Shown: piece after piece, positions 10,060 to 20,353 of the stretch
How positions within the stretch are numbered: the first letter of the stretch is position 1
Layout: every line of letters starts with the position of its first letter
Source: a virus
DNA: 64,000 bases
Strand: one strand, 5' to 3'
Virus record (IMG/VR): IMGVR_UViG_3300025666_000003
Span: 36,108 to 100,107 of that record
The notes under the pieces: generated by a model
The model's database searches: none
Seen by the model: the letters and a program-made list of their open reading frames with translations, nothing else
Told to the model about the DNA's origin: nothing
Position numbers and translations under genes: made by a program

Positions 10060-13000
10060 TTAAGGACATTCTAAATCGTTAAATAAATCTTCTTCTATAT
10101 CATCAATACTAGATGAGTCTGCTACGTCATTGATAGGATCTTTAGCTATTCCACCAGTTTCTGCAAATAATTTTACTGAGTCTGATGTTTGTTTAATTAA
10201 TTGCTTGTCACTTTCATTAAGTGGTTTAGATGTTGATATAGCTTTTGTTTTAAATATTGCCACTGTTGTAAAATATTCATTAGGGTTATTAAATGTTTTG
10301 CTTTCTCCTGTACTTAATAAAGTTACTGTTACTGAATAAGAAGCACTGGACGCTTGCCCATCATCATCATATTCTGGAACTCCTTGAATTTTTGTAACTA
10401 CAACTGTATCATACTGTTCTGCAAATAATTCTTCACCTTCAAAGATATCATTTTTAACTATAAGTTGAGTCCCTTCTTCAAGATTATCTAAAGCAATTTC
10501 AATATTAGTTCCTTCATCTAATTCTGCTGTTCTTGCTGTAAGTAAACCAGACATTTTGTTTACTGTCTCTGCGTCTATCTTACCCTCTTGAAAAGCAATA
10601 AGTAACTCACCTCTCAATTGATTAACATCATTTGTTTTAGCAATCATTACCTTAACTTCAGCAAGAGTTATTTTTTTAACTGCAGGTTCTGTAGATTTTA
10701 TTTCTTCTTTTGGTTTAGTCTCTTTTTTCTGTTTTCTAGGATTAATTTCTGTTGATCCTTCGGTAGGCTCATCATCACTAAGTTCATCACTACTTGTTTC
10801 TCCTTTATTGTTTTCATAATTTCCTGTATATAATAATATATTAATAATTTCTAAGTTTTCTAAAGCTTTTCCTATAAGAAGCTTTGGTTGTTTAAAGAAT
10901 AATTTACTCATATCAACAATAGCATCTGTAACGTATAAATCTAGAATAAGTTTCTCTTGATCTGTAAGTGGAGCAAATCTGCCAGGTGAATGTAACTTAT
11001 TAAGTGCATCTGCAATTTCAGGACTCATGTTTTTATTTAAAACATTATTTATAACACTGAGTGTAATGTAATCATCTTCTGCTAATACTTTTTCTATATC
11101 TTCTTGTTCTATTAACTCATCTTTTGTATTTACTTCAGATATTTCTTGATAATTAATTTTATTTCTCTCTACTTCTACAGCTACAATAAGTGCTTGATTT
11201 TTAATACGTTGTTTAGAATTATTTGCAGGAATAAGTGAAATAATATTACCATCTTTATCTGTAACAATATCATAACTTTGATTATTAACAATAACTTTCT
11301 TTTCACTTTTTAACTGAACTGTATACTTAGAAGCAATATCTTCTCTTTCCTCAGGAAGATTTAAACCAGCTTCTTCAATTGTAGTTTCTCCTGTAACATC
11401 TGTTAAATATAATGTCTTAGTTGGAGAATATAATTCATACCTAGCAGATTTCTTTTTTCTATTAACTTTCTTTAATCTATATGCTTTTCCTTCAAAGTAA
11501 ACATTTTGACCAATCATTTCATCTAATGTAGGATACTCTACTTCCCCAATAATTTCAACATTAGTTTCAGGAACTTGATCACTATCTTGAGCAACAGTTT
11601 CAGTTAATGCATCAGCTACTTCTGCAGGGAGTTCTTCTTTTTCGTCAATAAGAACTTCTTCTTGTATAGGAATTTTTGTATTAACTTTATCTATAAGATC
11701 TTGACTTGGGTTTAATTCAAACCATGCTGGTGTATCTCTATTTGTAAGGTTTTCATTTATACTACTTGATTCAATTTTACCAGTGTTAATGTTAACTTTA
11801 GTAAGTAAAGGCATTAGATTTATAGTTGCCTCTACGCCTATCATATTAAATAGTAAATTTTTGTATGCTGTTTGTTGTAATTCGTAAGCTTCAGTCTTAG
11901 AATTTTGTGGATAAACACCACCAGTTTTAGTAAAATGTGACCATTTTGTATCCGCACCTGTTTTAAGATCTACAATATGAAATTGACCAAATTTATCTAC
12001 AAGTAGTAAATCTATCTCCCCTGCTATTCTTACATTTTTATCATAAAGTATAAGTCCTTCTGCTGCTATGTAATACGTTCCTTCTTTTATATCTTTTCTT
12101 AATTTAACTAAAGGACCTTTGTTAAAAGTATTATCAAATGCTTCTTGAGTTATAAATGCCCCGTGTATTTTTGAATCCCATATAAATGGTTTATCAACGT
12201 CCATGAAATAATCTCTAACTAATCCATCTATGTATGTACCTGCATTTCTTTCTTCTCTGTAAGTAGCTTCATTTACATCTTTAGTAAGTGTTGCTTCAGC
12301 ATCTTCTTTTGCTAAAGGAATTGTTTTTTCTAAGTCAAGTATTTGTTTACGTATTTCTGCAATACTTTCAGGAGTGCTGCTCTCTAATTTTTCTTCTTCA
12401 AGTATTTCATTTTCTTGACTTTCAATTTGCTGATAAATACGATCAATTTGAATTTGATCAATCTTTTTAGCTTTAAGTCTAGCTTCAATAACTTCAGCTC
12501 TTTCAGCCATTACATCAAATGATATACGTGGAAGTTCATTTGTTCTTGAATAAAGCAAATTCATAAAGTCAACTGCTGTTTCACCAGAACCCATTGTAAG
12601 TTCATAAGCATTTAATACTTTGTCAAGTGCACCATATGCATATGGTTTTTCTTTTAAATCTTCTAGGCTTCTAGTTACTCTAGAGAATGGCTCATGATTA
12701 ATTAAATATGCTTCTTTTGTCTTTCTTATATTTTCATTAAGCTTTTTTATTCTTTCAACTTTTGCAATAGCATCTTGCATTTCTTGAGTTCTAGCTATAC
12801 TTTGTTTGTATGTTAAGTATCTAGATAATTCTCCTAATACTTCAGTATATTCTGCAAACATTAATCTATCTTCATCAGTTTGCTTTTCTTTACTTTCAAT
12901 ATCTGTAATAACTTTTTGATAACGTTTAATATAATTTTTAATAGTTGCTTCACTCATTTCTGAAGACTCAAGGATTTTACCATCAATAGCAATCTGTGGT

Positions 13001-16000
13001 GCAACTGGAGGGCCTTCTTTACTTACATTAAAAATTTCTTCCTGTGTATCATTATATTTTTGAATTATATCAGTTGCTATATCACTTTCCATAAAAGCTT
13101 CTAAGTTATCTTCTGAACTACCTTCATATATTCCAGGTGTAATAACCATTTCATTTTCTAAAGCATCTAAAAGTTCTTGTTTAAGTGTAGCAGGAAGATT
13201 ATTAACAGGTGTATACATTGTAACAGGAATGTATTCATCTGATTCATTATCCTTATTAAAGTTTTCAATTAATTCAGCTTCTTTTTTAGCATATTCTTTT
13301 TCTATTTCTGCTACAGCTGCATCTTCCGGTTTAAGTACTATTTTAAATCTATTAGCTGATTCAAATTTTTCAGTAATATTTTCTATATTTAATACTTTAC
13401 CTTCAGCATTATCTTGTTTTAACTCTTCACCATCTCTATAAAACACTTCTGTAACAGTGTCAGTTCCTTTTTTATATGTAACTGTAACATACTCTTTATC
13501 TTGAAGTTCTTTAAGAACAACTTTAATGCTAAGTTTTTTAAGTTTAGGTTTTTTAATTGCTCCTAAATCTATTTTAGTTTCAGTTTTAGGAAGTTCGTCA
13601 ATCTCAGCCTGCATCTTTTTAGCAAGTTCATCACGTTTTTCTTGAAGAGCTTTTCTTAATGGATGTTTACTTATTGTTTCAACAAGATCTAGTGCTGCTT
13701 TTTGATGAAATAAATTAGCATACTTAGCATAATCAGGACTATTTTCTGTAATTACTTTTTTTCTAGATTCATCATAAAATTCAAGTGGAAACAAACCTTC
13801 TTTTTTAAATCGCACCCAGTCTTCAGGACTTAAGAATATATTATCGTTGGCAAGCTTATTAAGTAATGAATTATCTTCAATGTTATCCATTGCATCTTTA
13901 ACCATCTTATCATAATAATCTTTACGATTTTCATAAAGCTCACTCATCCATTCATAATTTCTTGAAACATGGTCTCTAAAATCAGCTGGACTACTTAATA
14001 AATTAGCATAAAATGCCATTGATCGTGATTGATGACTTAACCTATGATAATCAACTAATTTATCAAATGCTTCATCTATGTTCTTATTAAAGATATGATC
14101 ATCTGATAATTCTGCTATTGTCTTTAAATAATTTTTAAAGTGTGTTTCAAAATCATTTATTGCTTTGTTATCATTCTCTTCAGTTCTGTATGATTCAAAT
14201 CCTTCCCTTAGTGCTGCATCAAATTCTTCATCTGTTGCTTTTTTACCCATATTTTTTTCAAGATCTACACGGGCTTTCTCTCTTAATTCTGGAGTTAAAG
14301 TTTTTATAAAAAAGTATTCATTAAAAGTTTTTAGACCTTCTTGAAAATTAGTATATGCATTAAGTTTCTTTTCAAGTTTGCCTAATCTTTTTTTAGATTT
14401 TTCATCTGTTAATAGTTTTAATCCTTCAATTTCTGTAGAAAGAATATCTTTTTCATTAGAAAGTCTTTCAAGATCAAACACTGAATTAAGATCTGTAGAC
14501 GAAACTTTACTAAAATCAAGTTCTGTAGAAAAGTCTTGCATAATACTTTCCATTCTTGAAACAGTATCAGTAAAACTTTCATTAAAAAAAAGCGCATTTC
14601 TTTGAGCTAATTTCCAAGCACTGTCAAATATACTTGCTTTATTATATGTTTCTGTACCTTTTTCATAGTCATCTAAATTAACAGGACTAGGGAATTTTTC
14701 TTTAATATTTTTATGTGTACGTTCTATTGAACGTGCTCTAGATATTATACTATCAATTCTATCTTGATACTTCTTACCTGTTCCTTTTTCAAAACCAAAT
14801 GCTTCTTCAAATTCTTCAGGAGTTAAACCTTTCATTGATTCTAAATGCTCAACAAAAAAGTCCATTGAGTTTGTATCTAATGCAAGTGCAACTTTTTGAA
14901 TCAACCCTTCTTCTCTGGCATCCATTGTCTCCATCTTTGGAGAATCTTTTGAAATATCATTTACTGAATTTTGAAGTGCTTGATTAAATAATTTTGATTC
15001 AAAGAAATCTTTTGGATCAGAATAAAATTCATTAAGTGCAGCAGCAACATCTTTACCTGTTTTAGCTTTTGCATTTTTGTATTCTGCATATACATCTTTA
15101 TTAAAAATTTTATTATAACCTAGCTGATAGTTATTAACAACAGCATTCATTGGTTTAGCAAACATACCCATCATAAAACCACTTGCAAAAGTTTCAAATC
15201 CTTGAGCTGATAGTTGAGCATCTATTGCATTAGTAAGTAAACCTTTTGAAAAGTCACTTGTTATTACACTTTCATCAACGTACATTTGCTTATAGTAATT
15301 TTTACTAAAGTCAGCAATTACATCTTGAGCATTTTCTTGTAAACCTTCACTTACGTTTGCTTTAAAATATCCCATAAAACCTTTTACACTTGTACCAAGA
15401 GGTTGACTACTAAAATTCTTTAATGCATTCTTAAAACTTTTATCTGTATATTCAAATGCACCTTTAGCAGCAGTTTTTTTAGCTCCTTCTTTAGTTGCAC
15501 CTTTTACAGTTTTCTTAAATACTACCTTACCTGTTTCAAGATCAATAACATCACTTATTTTTGAACTTAATGCTTTTTTAAGGCCACGGTTTGATCCAAG
15601 TACATTAGGCAGAAGTATTTTATTACTAGCAAATATTATTGCTGTATTCCAAAGTAATGCATTTGTACCTGCAGCTTTGGCTTGTTTTGTCATTTCTTCT
15701 TGAACTTCATTAGTTGGAGCTTCATGAAATTCATTATAATGTTCATCATATAATTCTTGATATAATTCATTCTGAACAAAACCACCTTCAAGTCTAGCTT
15801 CAGATAAAGCCATGTTAGCATTTCTCACATCTCTATAAAATCCACCAGCTGTTTTTGATAGCTTAGCTAAATTATTAATATTATCACCTACAGACTCTGC
15901 TTTTTTTATATCTTGAATTGCACCACGAACATTTTCAAAAGGATTTATTACCCTACCTACAGATGTTCCCCAAAATGTTCTTGCATTAGAAACATTATTT

Positions 16001-16827
16001 AAACCTTTCATTGTTTGATTTACTGCTTTTGTACCATCATACATTAAATCAGCAGTAGCTCCAATCTTGCGTATTTTTCTTAAGTTATTAGCTGTTGCTG
16101 CAAAGAAACTTGCCCCTCCTGTAGCAGGCGTTAATAATGTTCCTGCTATTTCTTCTAATATTGCAGATGTAAATATACCAGCAGTGTATGCAAAAGACAT
16201 AGCTGTGTTACTCATAAATGCACCAAAACCATCTTTACTTGATTGACCAATAGCTGCTGCTTCAGCATATTCTTTTGCTGATTCAAGATTTACACTAAAG
16301 TCCCCTTTTAAAGCTTTAAATAAACTTTCATAAGTATCCGTGAATCCTTTTGTAAATAAAGGAGCCATTGAATTACTTATCATGACAGATGTATTTTCCC
16401 ACCAACTTGTGTTTGCATTATAGAGAGCTTCATTATCTCTCATTGGTGAAAATCCTAACTTTTCAAACTTTTCTGGACCATACGCAGCATATCTTTTATA
16501 AAAGTTATTACCAGAAGCTCCCGCATTATAAGAAAAAATGCGTGAATGTTGTTCAGGTGGAGCTTCGCCAAGTGCTAGAAGTCTACCTTCTATTCCATTA
16601 AATTTTTCTTGATATGATGTAGGAACACCTTTATTTACTTTATTTATGTCAGCATTTTTTTTTCTTAATGTTTTAAAGTCTGCAGTAAGTGGTTCTTGAT
16701 AAAATTCAGGAAACGAAGGTGTATCTCCTTCAAAAGGTTTTAAACTTTCAGGATTAATATTTTGTGGATTTATTTTTCCAAATTCTGGACCTAAGGATTC
16801 AGTTGCGTCAAATGTGTTATCTGCCAT
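10060..16827 (-). CDS. Large ejected/core protein (2255 aa) with hydrophobic N-terminal helices and an internal PD-(D/E)XK nuclease domain
   Basis: Long ORF next to the RNAP gene. Hydrophobic segment AMSFAYTAGIFTSAILEEIAGTLLTPATGGASFFAA. RecB-like motifs AGEIDLLLVD, IVDLKTG and YELQQTAY (~11860-12025). Confidence 0.75.
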   Translation of the reverse strand: MADNTFDATESLGPEFGKINPQNINPESLKPFEGDTPSFPEFYQEPLTADFKTLRKKNADINKVNKGVPTSYQEKFNGIEGRLLALGEAPPEQHSRIFSYNAGASGNNFYKRYAAYGPEKFEKLGFSPMRDNEALYNANTSWWENTSVMISNSMAPLFTKGFTDTYESLFKALKGDFSVNLESAKEYAEAAAIGQSSKDGFGAFMSNTAMSFAYTAGIFTSAILEEIAGTLLTPATGGASFFAATANNLRKIRKIGATADLMYDGTKAVNQTMKGLNNVSNARTFWGTSVGRVINPFENVRGAIQDIKKAESVGDNINNLAKLSKTAGGFYRDVRNANMALSEARLEGGFVQNELYQELYDEHYNEFHEAPTNEVQEEMTKQAKAAGTNALLWNTAIIFASNKILLPNVLGSNRGLKKALSSKISDVIDLETGKVVFKKTVKGATKEGAKKTAAKGAFEYTDKSFKNALKNFSSQPLGTSVKGFMGYFKANVSEGLQENAQDVIADFSKNYYKQMYVDESVITSDFSKGLLTNAIDAQLSAQGFETFASGFMMGMFAKPMNAVVNNYQLGYNKIFNKDVYAEYKNAKAKTGKDVAAALNEFYSDPKDFFESKLFNQALQNSVNDISKDSPKMETMDAREEGLIQKVALALDTNSMDFFVEHLESMKGLTPEEFEEAFGFEKGTGKKYQDRIDSIISRARSIERTHKNIKEKFPSPVNLDDYEKGTETYNKASIFDSAWKLAQRNALFFNESFTDTVSRMESIMQDFSTELDFSKVSSTDLNSVFDLERLSNEKDILSTEIEGLKLLTDEKSKKRLGKLEKKLNAYTNFQEGLKTFNEYFFIKTLTPELREKARVDLEKNMGKKATDEEFDAALREGFESYRTEENDNKAINDFETHFKNYLKTIAELSDDHIFNKNIDEAFDKLVDYHRLSHQSRSMAFYANLLSSPADFRDHVSRNYEWMSELYENRKDYYDKMVKDAMDNIEDNSLLNKLANDNIFLSPEDWVRFKKEGLFPLEFYDESRKKVITENSPDYAKYANLFHQKAALDLVETISKHPLRKALQEKRDELAKKMQAEIDELPKTETKIDLGAIKKPKLKKLSIKVVLKELQDKEYVTVTYKKGTDTVTEVFYRDGEELKQDNAEGKVLNIENITEKFESANRFKIVLKPEDAAVAEIEKEYAKKEAELIENFNKDNESDEYIPVTMYTPVNNLPATLKQELLDALENEMVITPGIYEGSSEDNLEAFMESDIATDIIQKYNDTQEEIFNVSKEGPPVAPQIAIDGKILESSEMSEATIKNYIKRYQKVITDIESKEKQTDEDRLMFAEYTEVLGELSRYLTYKQSIARTQEMQDAIAKVERIKKLNENIRKTKEAYLINHEPFSRVTRSLEDLKEKPYAYGALDKVLNAYELTMGSGETAVDFMNLLYSRTNELPRISFDVMAERAEVIEARLKAKKIDQIQIDRIYQQIESQENEILEEEKLESSTPESIAEIRKQILDLEKTIPLAKEDAEATLTKDVNEATYREERNAGTYIDGLVRDYFMDVDKPFIWDSKIHGAFITQEAFDNTFNKGPLVKLRKDIKEGTYYIAAEGLILYDKNVRIAGEIDLLLVDKFGQFHIVDLKTGADTKWSHFTKTGGVYPQNSKTEAYELQQTAYKNLLFNMIGVEATINLMPLLTKVNINTGKIESSSINENLTNRDTPAWFELNPSQDLIDKVNTKIPIQEEVLIDEKEELPAEVADALTETVAQDSDQVPETNVEIIGEVEYPTLDEMIGQNVYFEGKAYRLKKVNRKKKSARYELYSPTKTLYLTDVTGETTIEEAGLNLPEEREDIASKYTVQLKSEKKVIVNNQSYDIVTDKDGNIISLIPANNSKQRIKNQALIVAVEVERNKINYQEISEVNTKDELIEQEDIEKVLAEDDYITLSVINNVLNKNMSPEIADALNKLHSPGRFAPLTDQEKLILDLYVTDAIVDMSKLFFKQPKLLIGKALENLEIINILLYTGNYENNKGETSSDELSDDEPTEGSTEINPRKQKKETKPKEEIKSTEPAVKKITLAEVKVMIAKTNDVNQLRGELLIAFQEGKIDAETVNKMSGLLTARTAELDEGTNIEIALDNLEEGTQLIVKNDIFEGEELFAEQYDTVVVTKIQGVPEYDDDGQASSASYSVTVTLLSTGESKTFNNPNEYFTTVAIFKTKAISTSKPLNESDKQLIKQTSDSVKLFAETGGIAKDPINDVADSSSIDDIEEDLFNDLECP

Positions 16828-19800
16828 TTTGTAAGTCTATATTTGCTTTTCTAACGTTGAACAATTCTGTTATTAAAACTTCTCGTGTATGCATAGATAG
16901 ATTATGTAAAGGTATTGGACGGCTTTCATTTCTATAATCTTTTATATTAGGATCCCATGTTTTATATTTAACCAAAGCTGACCAAGGTGCACCTGTCTCT
17001 TTTGGATTACTTGGAGTAATGTGAAAAGAACCAACATTAGGAACCTCATAAAAATCTCCTGCAGCTCCTTTATATTTTACACTTTGCTCATATGGATCCA
17101 TCCAGCTAGAATTAAATAAATTATTATTAAAATTTAATTTATCTGACATAAAATTAAAACCATTTTTCATAAATTTTTCACCTTCCTCTACTGTAAATAA
17201 ATTTTCTTCTTTAACTTCTCCTTTTGCATTTAGAGTAGATATATATGATTCCATCCATTCTTTTTCAGGTATTACTTGCATTCCACCTACTAAACCATTT
17301 CCTCCAGCTATTGAAAGTGCTTTTATAGTAAAAGGTTTCATTTTATTAAGTGGGTTGTAAAATTCAGCTTCAAAATCTCTCCATGCTAATAATACTTTTT
17401 CATTTAATTCTAAATCTCCACTATTAAGATCTGAAGGTTCATCTCCAAGAGCTGCAACACTATTAGTACCATCCCAATCAATATTAGCAAAATCTCCTTT
17501 AGAAAACTGATTCATTGTTACATATCCTGGTGACATGTATGCTTTAGGGATTACCATTTGGTTTCCAATGCTATTTACGGATAGTCCGGTACCTCCGTTA
17601 CCATCTCCATACATATTAATACCAGAAACGTAATCTTTCATTACATCACCATCTTTGTAAACATTATTAATTTGTGTTATTAGATTATCATAAGTTGTCT
17701 CATAATCATCAGAACCTTTTGGTAAAAGAAGTCCTGTACCAGATGCTGCAGCTTTAGGACTATGCATTTGATAATCACCTACTATTTTTTGAATTTGTTT
17801 TTTATTTTCTTCTGTAACTTCATAAATATCATGTTCTCCTCCAAACCAACCACGTGCACTTTTTGTAAGAGTAACATATTGACTGTCACCCTTAATGTTT
17901 TTCTTCCATAAAGCAGCTTCAGGTTCACCTGTCAGTACTTTAACTTTTCCATCTGCTGTATAAAGATTCACTGTTGAGTTAGCTTGAAGAACTCCTTCTT
18001 TATTTACTTTATTCCATACATTAAAACCATTTTCTACTCTACCCGTTCCAAAGGGACCCTTAGAAGCTCTCATAGCTTTTGCACCAAGTAAATCTCTGTA
18101 ATATAAATAATTATTGTTATCAATTGTAACTGGCTTACCATCTATAATTCTTTGCGTAGGTCTTTCAATTAAATTTCTTGATGTACCATCCGCTTGTAAT
18201 TTTTCAATAAATTCAAATTTACTTAATTGTGAACCTGATTCATCAAAAATTGCATTTATATCTTCAGTATTATACCCATTGTCTAGAAGTCTTCTTTCTA
18301 CTGCTGCAGCCATTTTAAGTTTACTATCTTGATAGTTTTTTTGATTATCAAGACTTACAGTAAATTTATCAGAGTTTATAATTAAATTTGCATGCATTTG
18401 TTGTAACACACCTCCATCTTCAGTAAGTGTAGGATTTTCTTTTAAATAACTAGTTACTCTATTAACAATACCTTCTAATCTTTTAGCAGGAAAGTTTACG
18501 CCTTGACTTGTAAAAGCTTCATTTAATTCATGTACAGTTTCATAATCTGGAGTTCCTTGATTTTCTTGTCGGTTTGCTGCATTTTGTTCCCAAGCTTGCC
18601 TTGCGTAATTCCCTACAGGTTTATTTAAAAAATCATACCATTTCCCTTTACCAGTTCCTCCACCAGATTCTTCTTGTCTTTTTACTCTATCAATATCAGC
18701 CTGCTGCATTCCAAATTGATACGGTTTCTGCCCAGTACCATCACCAGTCCCATTTAATAAATCTTTTATTTCAGCATCAGTTATTAAGTTTTTACCTTCT
18801 AAATAACCAAAAAATGTTGTATATTCTTCAATAAGAGGTCTGTTAATATTTTCAAGATTATGTTTAGCTTGTTGTTCAGCAATTTCAAACATATTTTGGG
18901 GTGGTGTAGTTTGTCCTGTTCCTCTTGGTTTAGTAAAAAAAGTGTTATGCATATCAGGATTTTCTACAATCTTACCACTATATGGATCAATTTTATCTAT
19001 ACCATTATCTAATCTAAACTTTTGTATCATATTTAGCTTTTCACCTGTATTTCTAGCTTTTACTCTAGACATAGCTGCAGCATCTTTAAGCTCCTGAACT
19101 TTATATGGATTAGCTTCAATATCAATACCTGCATTTCTAAAGGCCCAATTCTCAGCACCCTCTTTCATATCTTTTTGCATAAAAAATGAAGCCATACCTG
19201 CATCTACTTTTTGTCTTAATGATTTAAGATCACCATATGGATTTTCAAAACCTGTTGAAGTAGATAGTGTATTTTGTCCTGTACCAAGAAGTTTTTGAAC
19301 GTATTTTGATTGTTCTAAAACAGTTGTATTAATACCTGCACTTTCTTTTAACTTTTCTAAATATGTCATAGATTCAACACTACCATTACCACCATCAATA
19401 TTTTTCTGTACTTCTATTGATTTATTTTTAGTAGCTCTCCCACTATCTTCTAAAGTTTTTACTCTATCTTCATTTAATTTTTTAAGAGTATTAAAACTAG
19501 TTTGAAGGTATTCCATTTCTGCAGCTTCCTTACTATCTCCAAACTGTGCAGCATTATTATATGCAAAATCTTTTCTAGTTACATAAGATTGTGTTCTATA
19601 TACTGCACCAATTGCAGGATCAGATCCTAAAGTAGCTTCAAATATTTTATAAAGCGGATCCATAGCTGCTTCACCATTAGTTTTCTTAATGACCCATTTA
19701 CCATCAGGACTAAAATCAATTGATTCAACGTTAAGATCTGCTTTTATAGCTAAATCTTCAATTCTTTCACCTACATTTATGTATGATGTATATTCAGCAT

Positions 19801-20293
19801 TACCAAATGTCATTGATTCTTCATCATTACTTTCTTTGAATTCTTCTCTACGATAATCCATCTCTCTTATACCAGTATCCCAGTATTGAGACTTCATTTC
19901 AGCATCCATAGAATTCTTTAAGCTTTTTGCACGAGATCTTTTTCGCATGTAATTCTTAGTCCATGCCATATCTTTCATAAGAAATTTATTCTCATAAAAA
20001 GGTTTGAATACTTGACTAGCTTGAGATACGTTTTGTTCTAATGATAAATCTAAACCAGCTACTCTATTTAGATTAAATTCTATATCTTTTAAATATTCCT
20101 CTTTTCTTTCAATATTTGGTTCTCTTGTAAGATCCGCATACATATACTGACCATACATTTTATTAATTGATTTCCAGTTTTGATCATACTGATTTTGCTT
20201 AGCCTGCATTAAACCACCATAGAAATTCAAGTCCGGTTGAAAGGGTTGAATTTCTGGTATAAAATCTGTAACTCCTTGAAGATAAGTTGCCAT
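16817..20293 (-). CDS. Putative internal virion (cargo/ejection) protein, 1158 aa
   Basis: Long ORF lying between the cargo genes and the RNAP, as in crAss-like phages. Helical N-terminus (QPFQPDLNFYGGLMQAKQNQYD). Confidence 0.6.
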   Translation of the reverse strand: MATYLQGVTDFIPEIQPFQPDLNFYGGLMQAKQNQYDQNWKSINKMYGQYMYADLTREPNIERKEEYLKDIEFNLNRVAGLDLSLEQNVSQASQVFKPFYENKFLMKDMAWTKNYMRKRSRAKSLKNSMDAEMKSQYWDTGIREMDYRREEFKESNDEESMTFGNAEYTSYINVGERIEDLAIKADLNVESIDFSPDGKWVIKKTNGEAAMDPLYKIFEATLGSDPAIGAVYRTQSYVTRKDFAYNNAAQFGDSKEAAEMEYLQTSFNTLKKLNEDRVKTLEDSGRATKNKSIEVQKNIDGGNGSVESMTYLEKLKESAGINTTVLEQSKYVQKLLGTGQNTLSTSTGFENPYGDLKSLRQKVDAGMASFFMQKDMKEGAENWAFRNAGIDIEANPYKVQELKDAAAMSRVKARNTGEKLNMIQKFRLDNGIDKIDPYSGKIVENPDMHNTFFTKPRGTGQTTPPQNMFEIAEQQAKHNLENINRPLIEEYTTFFGYLEGKNLITDAEIKDLLNGTGDGTGQKPYQFGMQQADIDRVKRQEESGGGTGKGKWYDFLNKPVGNYARQAWEQNAANRQENQGTPDYETVHELNEAFTSQGVNFPAKRLEGIVNRVTSYLKENPTLTEDGGVLQQMHANLIINSDKFTVSLDNQKNYQDSKLKMAAAVERRLLDNGYNTEDINAIFDESGSQLSKFEFIEKLQADGTSRNLIERPTQRIIDGKPVTIDNNNYLYYRDLLGAKAMRASKGPFGTGRVENGFNVWNKVNKEGVLQANSTVNLYTADGKVKVLTGEPEAALWKKNIKGDSQYVTLTKSARGWFGGEHDIYEVTEENKKQIQKIVGDYQMHSPKAAASGTGLLLPKGSDDYETTYDNLITQINNVYKDGDVMKDYVSGINMYGDGNGGTGLSVNSIGNQMVIPKAYMSPGYVTMNQFSKGDFANIDWDGTNSVAALGDEPSDLNSGDLELNEKVLLAWRDFEAEFYNPLNKMKPFTIKALSIAGGNGLVGGMQVIPEKEWMESYISTLNAKGEVKEENLFTVEEGEKFMKNGFNFMSDKLNFNNNLFNSSWMDPYEQSVKYKGAAGDFYEVPNVGSFHITPSNPKETGAPWSALVKYKTWDPNIKDYRNESRPIPLHNLSMHTREVLITELFNVRKANIDLQNGR

Positions 20294-20353
20294 GTCTATT
20301 ATTTATTATAAATGTATTAAAATTTTATAAGTTTAGTAAACCTATAAAGTTTA

